Origin: Telmatocola sphagniphila
GTDB taxonomy: Bacteria > Planctomycetota > Planctomycetia > Gemmatales > Gemmataceae
Assembly (NCBI RefSeq): GCF_018398935.1
Contig: NZ_CP074694.1
Location: forward strand, 4,680,001-4,712,000
Length of the DNA: 32,000 bases
Direction of reading: 5' to 3'
Shown: piece by piece, positions 8,223 through 16,488 of the stretch
Layout of the letters: each line of letters opens with the position of its first letter
Numbering within the stretch: position 1 is the stretch's first letter
Made by a program: the position numbers and the translations under genes
Notes under the pieces: generated by a model
The model's input: the letters and a program-made list of their open reading frames with translations, nothing else
Told to the model about the DNA's origin: nothing
Databases searched by the model: none

Positions 8223-8251
8223 CATTATATAGCTCAGGAAGTTAAAGAAGC

Positions 8252-8557
8252 TTAGTTCTTCTTGCGTTCGCGCTTGGCTTCGGTAAGGTTGTCGCCATCA
8301 ACGGTGATGGTGTACTTGCTGTCCTTCTTGGCCTTTTCGAAAAGCTTGGTCAATTCAATTTCGGTTTCTTCGCCGCCCTTGCTCTTCATCTTAATCTTGG
8401 CCTTGGGATCAACCTTGAAGCTCTTTTCCTTTTCTTCAATCGTGAAGGTGGCTTTGCCATCCTTATATTCTTTGAAGATCGCGCCTTTGATTTCTTCGGC
8501 GAAGATGCCGCCGACAGCCAACATCAGAGCGACCACAACTGCCAGAAACTTACGCAT
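8252..8557 (-). CDS. Small secreted lysine-rich protein, function unknown
   Basis: 101 aa. The ATG is preceded by AGGAG with 7-nt spacing. The signal peptide is MRKFLAVVVALMLAVGGIFA. The gene has its own terminator. Confidence 0.65.
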   Translation of the reverse strand: MRKFLAVVVALMLAVGGIFAEEIKGAIFKEYKDGKATFTIEEKEKSFKVDPKAKIKMKSKGGEETEIELTKLFEKAKKDSKYTITVDGDNLTEAKRERKKN

Positions 8558-8731
8558 CGATATACTCCTCTTGAGCTATTACTGCTCGTTCCAGATGGAT
8601 CCCCTACGACACCTCATCGCAGAGGATCTGGTTTCAATTTCAATTCTTCGAAATACGGCGCATCATTCAAGTTAAAAATCACTCATAATTAGCTATAGAA
8701 CACCTACTCAGTCAATAGAATCCGCAGCTAA

Positions 8732-8759
8732 TTGTGGAACGCCGCTGCTCTGGTATAAT
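8732..8759 (+). promoter_or_regulatory. Candidate promoter with an extended -10 element for the 8807 gene
   Basis: TTGTGG (8732-8737), a 16-nt spacer, then TGGTATAAT (8751-8759). This would give a 5' UTR of about 40 nt. This is a motif match only. Confidence 0.35.
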
Positions 8760-8806
8760 CAACCCTTAGCGAATCAATAAGTTTCGACGAGGAAGGACAA
8801 TCCGCT

Positions 8807-11569
8807 ATGAAATTCGTGTTAAACCCTTCCTGTCCGGTAAAAGCAAGCGGCGGTCGCTACTCCATACTGCCCATTCTGCGCGTCATCACTTTACTGCTGA
8901 TTTGCTGGACGGCGGTTCCCCTGACCTTCGCTCAGCCACCGTTCCAGAAGCTGCCTCCCGAGGGTAAATCGGCCGGGAATCCACAAGGCTCCCAGAAGCC
9001 GCGAACCGAGGAAGAAGAAGAACCGGAGAAAAAAGATATCCCCCGTAAGGATATGCTGCCCAAAAAGAGTCCACCGCCCAAATCGGATGCGAATTCGAGT
9101 TTCAACAAGGGGGAAATTCCCGCTCGCAGCGAACTCCCGGCGGCTCTGGCCGAAGAGTCGCGGAAGACCAATCAGCCCCGGGAAATTCAGAACTTCTATT
9201 TTCGTCTGGCCGTGCCTTACGATATTCTCACGACCGGAGCCAATGTCGATTACAGTATCGTTCCTCTACCCGCTCGCGAACTCTCCGGCGAAACGATCCT
9301 CTTCACCAAGTTAGTCGGCGGTCAGCCCGAAAAGGAATACAAGCTCCCCACAGCCAATGTGGCCGGGGTGAAACCGTTCGAGGAAATCGTCTGCGATCAG
9401 GTCGACAGTTTTTTAGCGAGAAAGACCGAGTTAAAGCGGATTGTGGTTATCGAAACCGCACTCAAGGAATTGAAAGCGGCCGAAGCCTGGCACCGCCTCG
9501 CCCTCTCCTCTAACTTGCGTACCGGTGACGGCTGGCGACCGATGCAGGAGAAGTTATTAGCGAAGATCCTGCAGATGCGTCGCGAACTGCTGACCGCTTT
9601 TCAGCAGGCCAAATTGTGGGAGAACTCCGACAAGCTAGCTCAGGAATTGATCACCGCTTTTCCCAATGAACCAGCTGTAATGTTCGATGTGAACAAATAC
9701 CGTCTACTGCGTGGCCGAGATACTCTGAAAAAAGAAAACGAGCAGGACTATCGCGACCTGCGCGAGAAGTTCCAGATTTTTCTGGCCCTGCCCGAGGCGG
9801 AAAATGACCCGATCACCCAATCGGTTCGCGTACTGCTTCGAGAGCATGCCAAAGAGATGGCTCGCAAAGCCAACGCTCAGCTGGGTAAGGGAGACGCTGC
9901 CGGGGCCTTGCAAACGCTCCGCGATGCGGAGACCTACGACCCCGATTCGAAAGAAATCAAGGACGCCCGCCTGACGATGAAAGCCCAGATTCTCTACGTT
10001 GGCGTGCCGAGCCTGCCAATTCACATGTCGCCGACTACTGCCCTCAGCGACAGCGAAAAATGGGCGATGGAACTGATCTTCGAATCGCTGCTGCAAACGA
10101 TTCCCGATGATACCTTGGGGCGAATTTTCCGACCGCAACTAGCGGTTGATCTGCCTACCGGCAGCGGCGACTCGCGAACCTTCCGCTTGGCTAAAACTAC
10201 GCGCTGGCCGGCCAATAATAACAAGGATGCCGTGACCGCCGCCGATGTCAGCGGTTCGCTGCGGCTCTATCGGAACTACCAGTTTGCACCAGGTATGGAA
10301 GATATCAGTCTGCTCGGGGAAGACGAGATTGAAGATTCCACTCGCATCAAACTCAAACTGCAGCAACGGCTGCTGGAACCGCTGCCGAGGTTCAACTTCA
10401 AGGTGCTGCCGGCTCGCACGGTGCCCGATCTGGATAGCGACCGGTTTTCGCGCAACCCCATGGGCAGCGGACCTTACATGTTCAAGGGTCTGCAAGTGGA
10501 ATCGCCGGTGCGGACCTGTGCGGTGTTCGTTGCCAACCCGGCTTATGCCCATCGTCCGGAGCGCTTCGGCCTGCCAGTGATTCGGGAAATTCGCCTTTAT
10601 GTTCCCCGGCCGGAGAATGTCGCCAGCGATTTCGAAAGCGGCCAGTTGCACATATTAGCGGATCCGGGAGCGGAGATTTTTGCTCGCAGCACCAACGAAT
10701 CGAAGTTGGCCAACATGGTGCGCGGCTACACCATGGAGAACAATCGCCGTATCTGGATGCTGGCGATCAACCACCGTCGGCCGCCGTTGTGGAAGGACGA
10801 TCTGCGCCGGGCGATTAACCACTCGATCGATCGCGAGCAGATTCTGACGGAAACGCAGCGACCGACCGGTACCAAATACCATCAGGTGCTCAATGGGCCG
10901 TTCCCGACCAACAGCTGGCCGACGCCGTCGCAGTCCAAGCCGCTATTTCAGCCGGAGTTGGCCAAGGGTCTGTTTGCCGAGTCGCTTAAGGAACCTCAGG
11001 CGTTTCCGATTCCGCTCAGTCTGTCGATTCGCTACTGCTCGGCCGATCCCGGCGCGGCGCAGGCCGCTTCGCAGATTAAAGAACATATCGAACGACAGTC
11101 GGACAAGAAGTTGCAACTGAAGATTGAGGGACTGGGCCGGGAAGAATTTCAAGAGCGGGTAATCAACCGCCACGAATTCGATCTGGCTTATACCTCCTTC
11201 GATTACAAGGATGACCAGTTCTGGCTCGGCGGCTTGCTGGATGGTAATGCCGCGGGGAACGATCAGCGAAATTTCCTCGGCTATTTGGGGCAGGATAGCG
11301 GCGCGAAAACGGAGGATAAACGGATTGCCGGAACGCTCGGCCAGATTCGCGGCACCACCGATTTTGCCAAGCTGAAAGAACAGATGAACGATCTGTTCGG
11401 CATGGTCAATTATCGAGTGCCGTTCGTGCCGTTGTGGCAGTTGGATCGGCAGATTGTGGTGCACTCCGGCCTGGAGATCCGCTTCGATTCGGCGACCCCG
11501 AGAAAAATTCCCAGCTCGCTGGATCCGGCCACGCTTTTTAATGGAATTGAATATTGGCGTTTGAAGTAG
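8807..11569 (+). CDS. Large secreted or anchored protein with a C-terminal family-5 (peptide/nickel type) solute-binding-like domain
   Basis: 920 aa. The ATG is preceded by GAGGAAGG. An N-terminal hydrophobic segment is followed by an acidic and Pro-rich low-complexity stretch. SBP_bac_5-like motifs are PMGSGPYMFKG and AINHSIDREQIL. Confidence 0.75.
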   Translation: MKFVLNPSCPVKASGGRYSILPILRVITLLLICWTAVPLTFAQPPFQKLPPEGKSAGNPQGSQKPRTEEEEEPEKKDIPRKDMLPKKSPPPKSDANSSFNKGEIPARSELPAALAEESRKTNQPREIQNFYFRLAVPYDILTTGANVDYSIVPLPARELSGETILFTKLVGGQPEKEYKLPTANVAGVKPFEEIVCDQVDSFLARKTELKRIVVIETALKELKAAEAWHRLALSSNLRTGDGWRPMQEKLLAKILQMRRELLTAFQQAKLWENSDKLAQELITAFPNEPAVMFDVNKYRLLRGRDTLKKENEQDYRDLREKFQIFLALPEAENDPITQSVRVLLREHAKEMARKANAQLGKGDAAGALQTLRDAETYDPDSKEIKDARLTMKAQILYVGVPSLPIHMSPTTALSDSEKWAMELIFESLLQTIPDDTLGRIFRPQLAVDLPTGSGDSRTFRLAKTTRWPANNNKDAVTAADVSGSLRLYRNYQFAPGMEDISLLGEDEIEDSTRIKLKLQQRLLEPLPRFNFKVLPARTVPDLDSDRFSRNPMGSGPYMFKGLQVESPVRTCAVFVANPAYAHRPERFGLPVIREIRLYVPRPENVASDFESGQLHILADPGAEIFARSTNESKLANMVRGYTMENNRRIWMLAINHRRPPLWKDDLRRAINHSIDREQILTETQRPTGTKYHQVLNGPFPTNSWPTPSQSKPLFQPELAKGLFAESLKEPQAFPIPLSLSIRYCSADPGAAQAASQIKEHIERQSDKKLQLKIEGLGREEFQERVINRHEFDLAYTSFDYKDDQFWLGGLLDGNAAGNDQRNFLGYLGQDSGAKTEDKRIAGTLGQIRGTTDFAKLKEQMNDLFGMVNYRVPFVPLWQLDRQIVVHSGLEIRFDSATPRKIPSSLDPATLFNGIEYWRLK

Positions 11570-11587
11570 AGCAAAGGAAGGAACTTT

Positions 11588-12019
11588 ATGAAATGGATGT
11601 CTAGCCTGTTGGTGATCTTGGTTCTGAGTGTATCGGCGCAGGCCGACGATTGGAAGACTCTGGAAGGGGTTTGGATTCCCGTCGGCATGGAACTAGGCGG
11701 GCAGAAATTCGAGGTCGGCCAGTTGAAGGATTCGAAGCTGAAATTAACCAAAGATAAATACGAACTGGTCTTTCAGGCGATCAACGACAAGGGGGACATC
11801 AAGCTCGACAGCACGATGAAGCCGAAGCAGATGGACATTACCAGCCGGGAAGGGACCGTTAAAGAGAACAAGGATAAAACGCTCCTGGCTATCTATGAGG
11901 TCAACGGCGATTATCTGCGCGTCTGCTATGCGCTGGAAGGCACCACCCGACCGACCGAGTTCAAAACGACGAAAGATAATGGCTTCTTCCTCGCGGAGTA
12001 CAAGAGAGAGAAGAAGTAG
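11588..12019 (+). CDS. Small secreted protein, TIGR03067-type domain
   Basis: 143 aa. The ATG is preceded by AAGGAAGG. The signal peptide ends in SAQA-DD. Motifs are LEGVWIPVGMELGG, DSTMKPKQMDI, LLAIYEVNGDYLRVCY and RPTEF. Confidence 0.8.
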   Translation: MKWMSSLLVILVLSVSAQADDWKTLEGVWIPVGMELGGQKFEVGQLKDSKLKLTKDKYELVFQAINDKGDIKLDSTMKPKQMDITSREGTVKENKDKTLLAIYEVNGDYLRVCYALEGTTRPTEFKTTKDNGFFLAEYKREKK

Positions 12020-12025
12020 GGGCAA

Positions 12026-12060
12026 GCGGTCAGAAGTCAGCGGTCAGCGGTCAGCGATCA
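12026..12060 (+). repeat. Heptanucleotide tandem array, 5 units (GCGGTCA GAAGTCA GCGGTCA GCGGTCA GCGATCA)
   Basis: Read directly from the sequence. The array starts 7 nt after the TAG stop at 12017-12019. Confidence 0.9.
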
Positions 12061-12162
12061 GGGAGAGATAAGTTGGAAATTCCCTTTAGCCAGAAGAAAT
12101 ATTTCGGACTGCGCTCTGACAAAGTCCGTGCTTTAAAATTAAGTCGTTTCCAATTGAGAGAG

Positions 12163-12184
12163 CGCCGAGATTTTTCACTCGGCG
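12163..12184. terminator. Hairpin between convergent genes, possibly a terminator
   Basis: CGCCGAG-ATTTTTCA-CTCGGCG, a 7-bp perfect stem, lies 10 nt beyond the stop of the minus-strand gene at 12195. No clear U-tract is present on either strand. Confidence 0.3.
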
Positions 12185-12194
12185 TCTCATGAGA

Positions 12195-12548
12195 TTATTT
12201 AATTTCGTATTCATATTTTTCAGTTTTTGCTTCGCCATTTGGAGGAGTGATAGTTATTTCAACCTCCACATTACCCTTTCCAGTTGATTGCAAATCAATT
12301 TCACGATCATTAGCACCTATAGGCTTGGCGCCATTAACCCGAATACTGATATTGTTTACTTTCTCTTTAGCCGGCCCTTTAACTTTCACGGCAAAATTAG
12401 TACCTGCGATACCTTTCACAGGAATTCTTACTATGTCAGTTTCCTTGACTTCAAATGGCTTAGCATCGTGCGGAATAACAATATCGTCAGCCAAAGCGGG
12501 GCCTGCAAGCAAAGCAAACAGCGCTATACCATAAAACATCTTACGCAT
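12195..12548 (-). CDS. Small secreted protein, function unknown, in an AT-rich patch
   Basis: The in-frame ATG at 12548 gives the signal peptide MRKMFYGIALFALLAGPALA-DD. The longer ORF-track start at 12617 adds an implausible N-terminus. The body is rich in beta-strand-type sequence (VKVKG..., VEVEITITPP). Confidence 0.6.
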   Translation of the reverse strand: MRKMFYGIALFALLAGPALADDIVIPHDAKPFEVKETDIVRIPVKGIAGTNFAVKVKGPAKEKVNNISIRVNGAKPIGANDREIDLQSTGKGNVEVEITITPPNGEAKTEKYEYEIK

Positions 12549-13089
12549 TAATAATTCTCTCAAAAGGTTACAAGCAAACCAAAGGACAATTCGAATTTGA
12601 ATTGCATACCAATTCATTAAATGAAATTTATAATCGAGTCAATGCTTAAGATGATGCAATGCGGGAAGATCCAAGATTAACACTTACAATACTTGGCTTT
12701 TCTGACCTTTAATAAAATTTTGAGAGTCTTTATTACTACAATTCAGTTGGTCGGACTTGCAATTCTTCAGTCTTGCTGTGTGTTTCGTAGCCAGGAATTA
12801 CTTCGTTTGACACATATCCAAGCATCAGGTGCTTAGTTCAAATCGCTATTACCCCTCGGTGCCTTGGTTGTGATGAAGTCGTCATGCCTCAAAGATACCA
12901 ATTCACTCCCAAGCAAGATACTATCTCTGGTCTATCGCCTTGAAACGAAGTGTGCGGTTGCCCCTGAATCTTTAAGCCGTGATCCTTCGAATCGGAATTG
13001 CGGCAGCGCGGCGGCATTATTCGGGCAGCCGAAGTACTCGAAACTTTTTCGGCCCGGCTGTCGTCTGAACTTGTAAGGAGCCAACCCAA

Positions 13090-14094
13090 ATGAATGCCGC
13101 CATTTTCTTTACTTGCCTTCTACTCGCCGACACTCCCGTGGAGCCGATAGCTCACTGGCAGGGCAAGGTGGCCGATGACTCCCTTCAAAAAATCGCCCCG
13201 ACCGAGGGCTATATTGCGAACGCTCAACTCCTGGAGAAGCTCTGGAAAGCCTGGAGGCCTAAAGAAGAAGTTCCCTCCGTGGATTTCAAAAAGGAACTCA
13301 TTATTCTTGGCGTCATCCCAGGCCCCAATTCGATTGGAATTGTTCCCTCCGTGGATGACAAAGGCGATTTAAAATTTACCCTCCAAAGCACAGAGATCGG
13401 TGGTCCGGGCTTCGGCTACCATCTGGTCCAGATCAAGCGGGAGGGAGTGAAGACCATCAACGGAAAACCGATCGATGACAAGAAAAATGCTCCTGCAAAA
13501 GGGGATCTGACAGCCCTCGAGCAGAAATTGGTGGGTTCCTGGATCGGGCACGGACCGTGTGTGGGAAATTCCGTTTTTCAGCCGGACGGAACCTATCATC
13601 GATCGAATTACGGGCCAGGAGCCGGTATGTTTGAAACGGGGACCTGGAAAATGGAATGGAGCGAACTCCCACCGACTTTAGTACTGACGCCGTCGCCTAC
13701 CAAAGGTCATGAAGCCGAAGAATCTTTTAAAGTCTATGTGGTTACGTTGAATGATAAACAGTTCGATTACCGCTGGACCAAATATAGCAATTCAAGAATT
13801 GAAAATCACCTGCGGGGCACGGAGTTGGACAACGTGAAGATTCGACTCAGCATCCTGGACAGTGCGACACAACGGTACCTTGGTAATACAGATCTGGGAG
13901 CCGGCGTTAACTACCCACCCCACCTCAAAACGCTGGTCGATAAAAAGATCCTGCGGCCGGAGGCTCTCCTCGATCCGTGGGGCAAAGAGTTCAAGTATGA
14001 CGTTACCGGCAAACGATCGCAGGGAAAGGGTCCTGACATCTGGACCGAAACGCCGGACAAAAAAATCATCGCTAACTGGTTGATGAAAGAATAG
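13090..14094 (+). CDS. Secreted protein with a C-terminal type II secretion pseudopilin G (T2SS_G)-like globular domain
   Basis: 334 aa. The ATG is preceded by AAGGAG with 9-nt spacing, and the N-terminus is hydrophobic. The C-terminus, YPPHLKTLVDKKILRPEALLDPWGKEFKYDVTG...GPDIWTETPDKKIIANW, follows the GspG pattern YP..L..LV...DPWG..Y.Y...D...G.D...I.NW. Confidence 0.7.
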   Translation: MNAAIFFTCLLLADTPVEPIAHWQGKVADDSLQKIAPTEGYIANAQLLEKLWKAWRPKEEVPSVDFKKELIILGVIPGPNSIGIVPSVDDKGDLKFTLQSTEIGGPGFGYHLVQIKREGVKTINGKPIDDKKNAPAKGDLTALEQKLVGSWIGHGPCVGNSVFQPDGTYHRSNYGPGAGMFETGTWKMEWSELPPTLVLTPSPTKGHEAEESFKVYVVTLNDKQFDYRWTKYSNSRIENHLRGTELDNVKIRLSILDSATQRYLGNTDLGAGVNYPPHLKTLVDKKILRPEALLDPWGKEFKYDVTGKRSQGKGPDIWTETPDKKIIANWLMKE

Positions 14095-14100
14095 AGGCCA

Positions 14101-14124
14101 GCTTTCAGCTTTCAGCTTTCAGCT
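14101..14124 (+). repeat. Heptanucleotide tandem array, about 3.4 units of GCTTTCA
   Basis: Read directly from the sequence. The array starts 7 nt after the TAG stop at 14092-14094. Confidence 0.9.
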
Positions 14125-14386
14125 AGAGATTAATTCACGTCGAAGTTTCGCCGCGAGATTCAAGTCGAGGAGTCGTTCCTCTTAGAAATTTGTTCCAAAT
14201 TTAACTCACAGTTTCTAGCTGATTTCGCATCGCATTCAGCAGAAAGCCGAAGGCGGGACGCGGATCTCTCCCCACCTAAATTCCCGGCGATTCCCGATTT
14301 GCATATAGCTTAAGTTGACTTTCAGCGTATCAATAACTACGCACACTTCGATTACACAACCTCGGCCATCCGGAGGTGGGAAAATC

Positions 14387-14902
14387 ATGAAAACGGCAAC
14401 GGCGACCCGCTACAGCAAACTCATTCTTCCCATATTGGAGGAGGATCGTCTTCCCGACCTCGGCCCCGGACAACCGAACCTGAAAAAAAAAGTACTCCTC
14501 GAAGCGCTGACCCCCGAGAATGCATTTCCACGCGTCAATGATCCGAATATGGCCATGCTGTGCCTCGCGGCTCTCTGGCTGCGTCACGATTTTCTCGAAG
14601 AATCCCACGAAATCAGCCAGATCGTCAAAACCCCCAGCGGCAGCTACTGGCACGGCATCATGCACCGCCGGGAACCGGATGCCTGGAACGCCAAATACTG
14701 GTTCCGACAGACCGGCCGACATCCCGCTTTGAGAAAAATCAGCGATTCGTTCCGACGCGTCTACGATCCGCTCGAATTCGTGGATCGCTGCGAAAGCTAC
14801 CGCGACACCGGCAGCCCGGATGAAATGGAATGCAAACAGATTCAGTTGCGCGAATGGGAAGTTTTATTCGATTGGTGTTACGATAAGGCAGTTAACGGCT
14901 AA
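14387..14902 (+). CDS. Conserved hypothetical cytoplasmic protein
   Basis: The ATG at 14387 is preceded by GGAGGTGGG, whereas the ORF-track start at 14315 is TTG. No signal peptide is present. The His/Trp-rich motif SYWHGIMHRREPDAWNAKYWFRQTGRHP stands out. I do not recognise the family. Confidence 0.65.
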   Translation: MKTATATRYSKLILPILEEDRLPDLGPGQPNLKKKVLLEALTPENAFPRVNDPNMAMLCLAALWLRHDFLEESHEISQIVKTPSGSYWHGIMHRREPDAWNAKYWFRQTGRHPALRKISDSFRRVYDPLEFVDRCESYRDTGSPDEMECKQIQLREWEVLFDWCYDKAVNG

Positions 14903-14908
14903 GGGCCG

Positions 14909-16168
14909 TTAGCGAATGTTGGCTTTGATGATTCGTTCGAGCTGCACGAAGTCATTTCCCCGATAAAGCACTTTACCCTCGCGATCCAGCAGAATCAAAG
15001 TCGGGTAACTCTTGATCCCGAACTTATCCTGAACTTGCCCGAATTTGCCGGGCGGTTCCAGATAGAGAGCGTAATTGATTTCCTGTCGTTGGGCCACCTT
15101 GGCGACATTGTTCGCCTGCTGATCCCAGGATCCGTCTCGTTCGCAGGCCACTCCCAGCACTTCCAGTCCCGATGTGCCATACTGCTTAGCCAGGTTCTTC
15201 ACTTCCGGAATAGCTCGCATGCACGGGCCGCACCAGGTTCCCCAGAAATCGAGCAGCACCAGTTTGCCCGCGTGATCTCCGAAGCGCCAACTCTTCCCTT
15301 GCAGATCCATTAGTTCGAAGGATCGTTTGGAGTTGTTCTTCGGCACCGGCGTCGAAATTTTCTCCGGATCTTCCGGTGGTACCAGAGGCGGCAGATTCGG
15401 TGTCGTTGACGGCGCGGGAACCGAAGGGGCCGGTGAACTATTCGGCCCGGGGATATTGGCCGCGGGCAGCGTGACATGCGAGGGATCGGCCGCAATGTTC
15501 TCCGGGTGCGAGGAAGTGATCGGCGGCTTCTTCGGCGAGCCGAACTGCGCGGCAGGAGGCGTCATATCCTGCCAGGTGGAATCTTTACTCTTGGGAGCAA
15601 ACGGGCCCGTATTTCCAATCGCGGGAGGCGCGGACGGCGTGATGGAAGAGACGCCCCCCTCACTGACTTTCAGAATAATCTGCGTGTCGGGCGCCTGCAC
15701 GATCATGGAGCCGCCGAGCGTTCGATTCCGTTCGTCGACGCGGGCAGACAGTTCGTAATCTTCGCCCGGTCGGACCGGAACGGTGAAGTAACCCTGCCCA
15801 TCGGTGTGAACGCCGATCGGTTTAGCCTTACCCGTTTTGGAGCCCTGCCGGGCTAAAATCTGTACGAAAGCATCTGGAATTCGCTGCCCGTCGGGATCGA
15901 CCACTGCCCCGGCTAACAGGGTTTCGCCATCGTTTCGGGTCGGTAAGTTGGTGGGCGGTATACGATTATTTCGACCGGTGGTGCCGGTGGGAGGCGGCGC
16001 ACTGCGATCGTTGGGATCGGCCCAGAAAGGCGCCTGTGCGGGACCGCGGTCCCGATCGCTATTCCGGATGTTTTGCTGGGATGTAGGCTTGCCGTCCGGG
16101 TTCCGGGAACCAGTCGATGTGCATCCCGCCAGGGCCAGACAGGTCAAAAGTAGGCAGAACCGACGCAT
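14909..16168 (-). CDS. Lipoprotein with a carboxypeptidase-regulatory-like beta-sandwich, a Pro/Ser/Thr-rich linker and a C-terminal TlpA/ResA-like thioredoxin domain
   Basis: 419 aa with an ATG start and the lipobox LALAGC. The segment VVDPDGQRIPDAFVQIL...HTDGQGYFTVPVRPGEDYELSA is CarboxypepD_reg-like. The segment LLDFWGTWCGPCMRAIPEVKNL carries the WCGPC redox motif. Confidence 0.85.
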   Translation of the reverse strand: MRRFCLLLTCLALAGCTSTGSRNPDGKPTSQQNIRNSDRDRGPAQAPFWADPNDRSAPPPTGTTGRNNRIPPTNLPTRNDGETLLAGAVVDPDGQRIPDAFVQILARQGSKTGKAKPIGVHTDGQGYFTVPVRPGEDYELSARVDERNRTLGGSMIVQAPDTQIILKVSEGGVSSITPSAPPAIGNTGPFAPKSKDSTWQDMTPPAAQFGSPKKPPITSSHPENIAADPSHVTLPAANIPGPNSSPAPSVPAPSTTPNLPPLVPPEDPEKISTPVPKNNSKRSFELMDLQGKSWRFGDHAGKLVLLDFWGTWCGPCMRAIPEVKNLAKQYGTSGLEVLGVACERDGSWDQQANNVAKVAQRQEINYALYLEPPGKFGQVQDKFGIKSYPTLILLDREGKVLYRGNDFVQLERIIKANIR

Positions 16169-16395
16169 GGAACCCCCGAAAGCCAGCCGCCGTTCTACGG
16201 TAGGCTACTTTCAAACTTTCCCGTTGAAAGCCATTCGGTCAATCAATGCGGCGCACCTTGAGTCTTATTCCCCAGTTAGCGCATCCCCCCAAAGCGGGTA
16301 GACATATCTACTGGAACAGTAATTCTCTTGTGCGCATTCGCTTCATCCGGTATCCCAGTAATAGCTTCTGGTAAGATTTCCGGGAAGAGCGTTTC

Positions 16396-16424
16396 TTGAC
16401 GGTTTTCCGGAAGATGGCTATTCT
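16396..16424 (+). promoter_or_regulatory. Candidate promoter for the lspA operon
   Basis: TTGACG (16396-16401), a 17-nt spacer, then TATTCT (16419-16424). This is a motif match only. Confidence 0.3.
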
Positions 16425-16488
16425 CGGGGAGATGGAGTAAATTAGTTAGACGGGCAGCAGGCTCGCGTTTCTCCAGTCCGCGGGTGGG

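Noticed and set aside
9704-11464. Minus-strand ORFs 9704..10138, 10139..10651 and 10943..11464 (144-173 aa)
   Set aside because: All are antisense to the 920-aa SBP-like gene, whose frame is continuous and motif-bearing. Their products are low-complexity sequence.
12864-13076. A 70-aa plus-strand ORF, with an overlapping 66-aa minus-strand ORF, in the long AT-rich intergenic region
   Set aside because: It has no ribosome-binding site and no recognisable motif, and both strands show ORFs of similar length, which is the behaviour of chance ORFs. I kept it as non-coding, while noting that a small RNA or peptide cannot be excluded.
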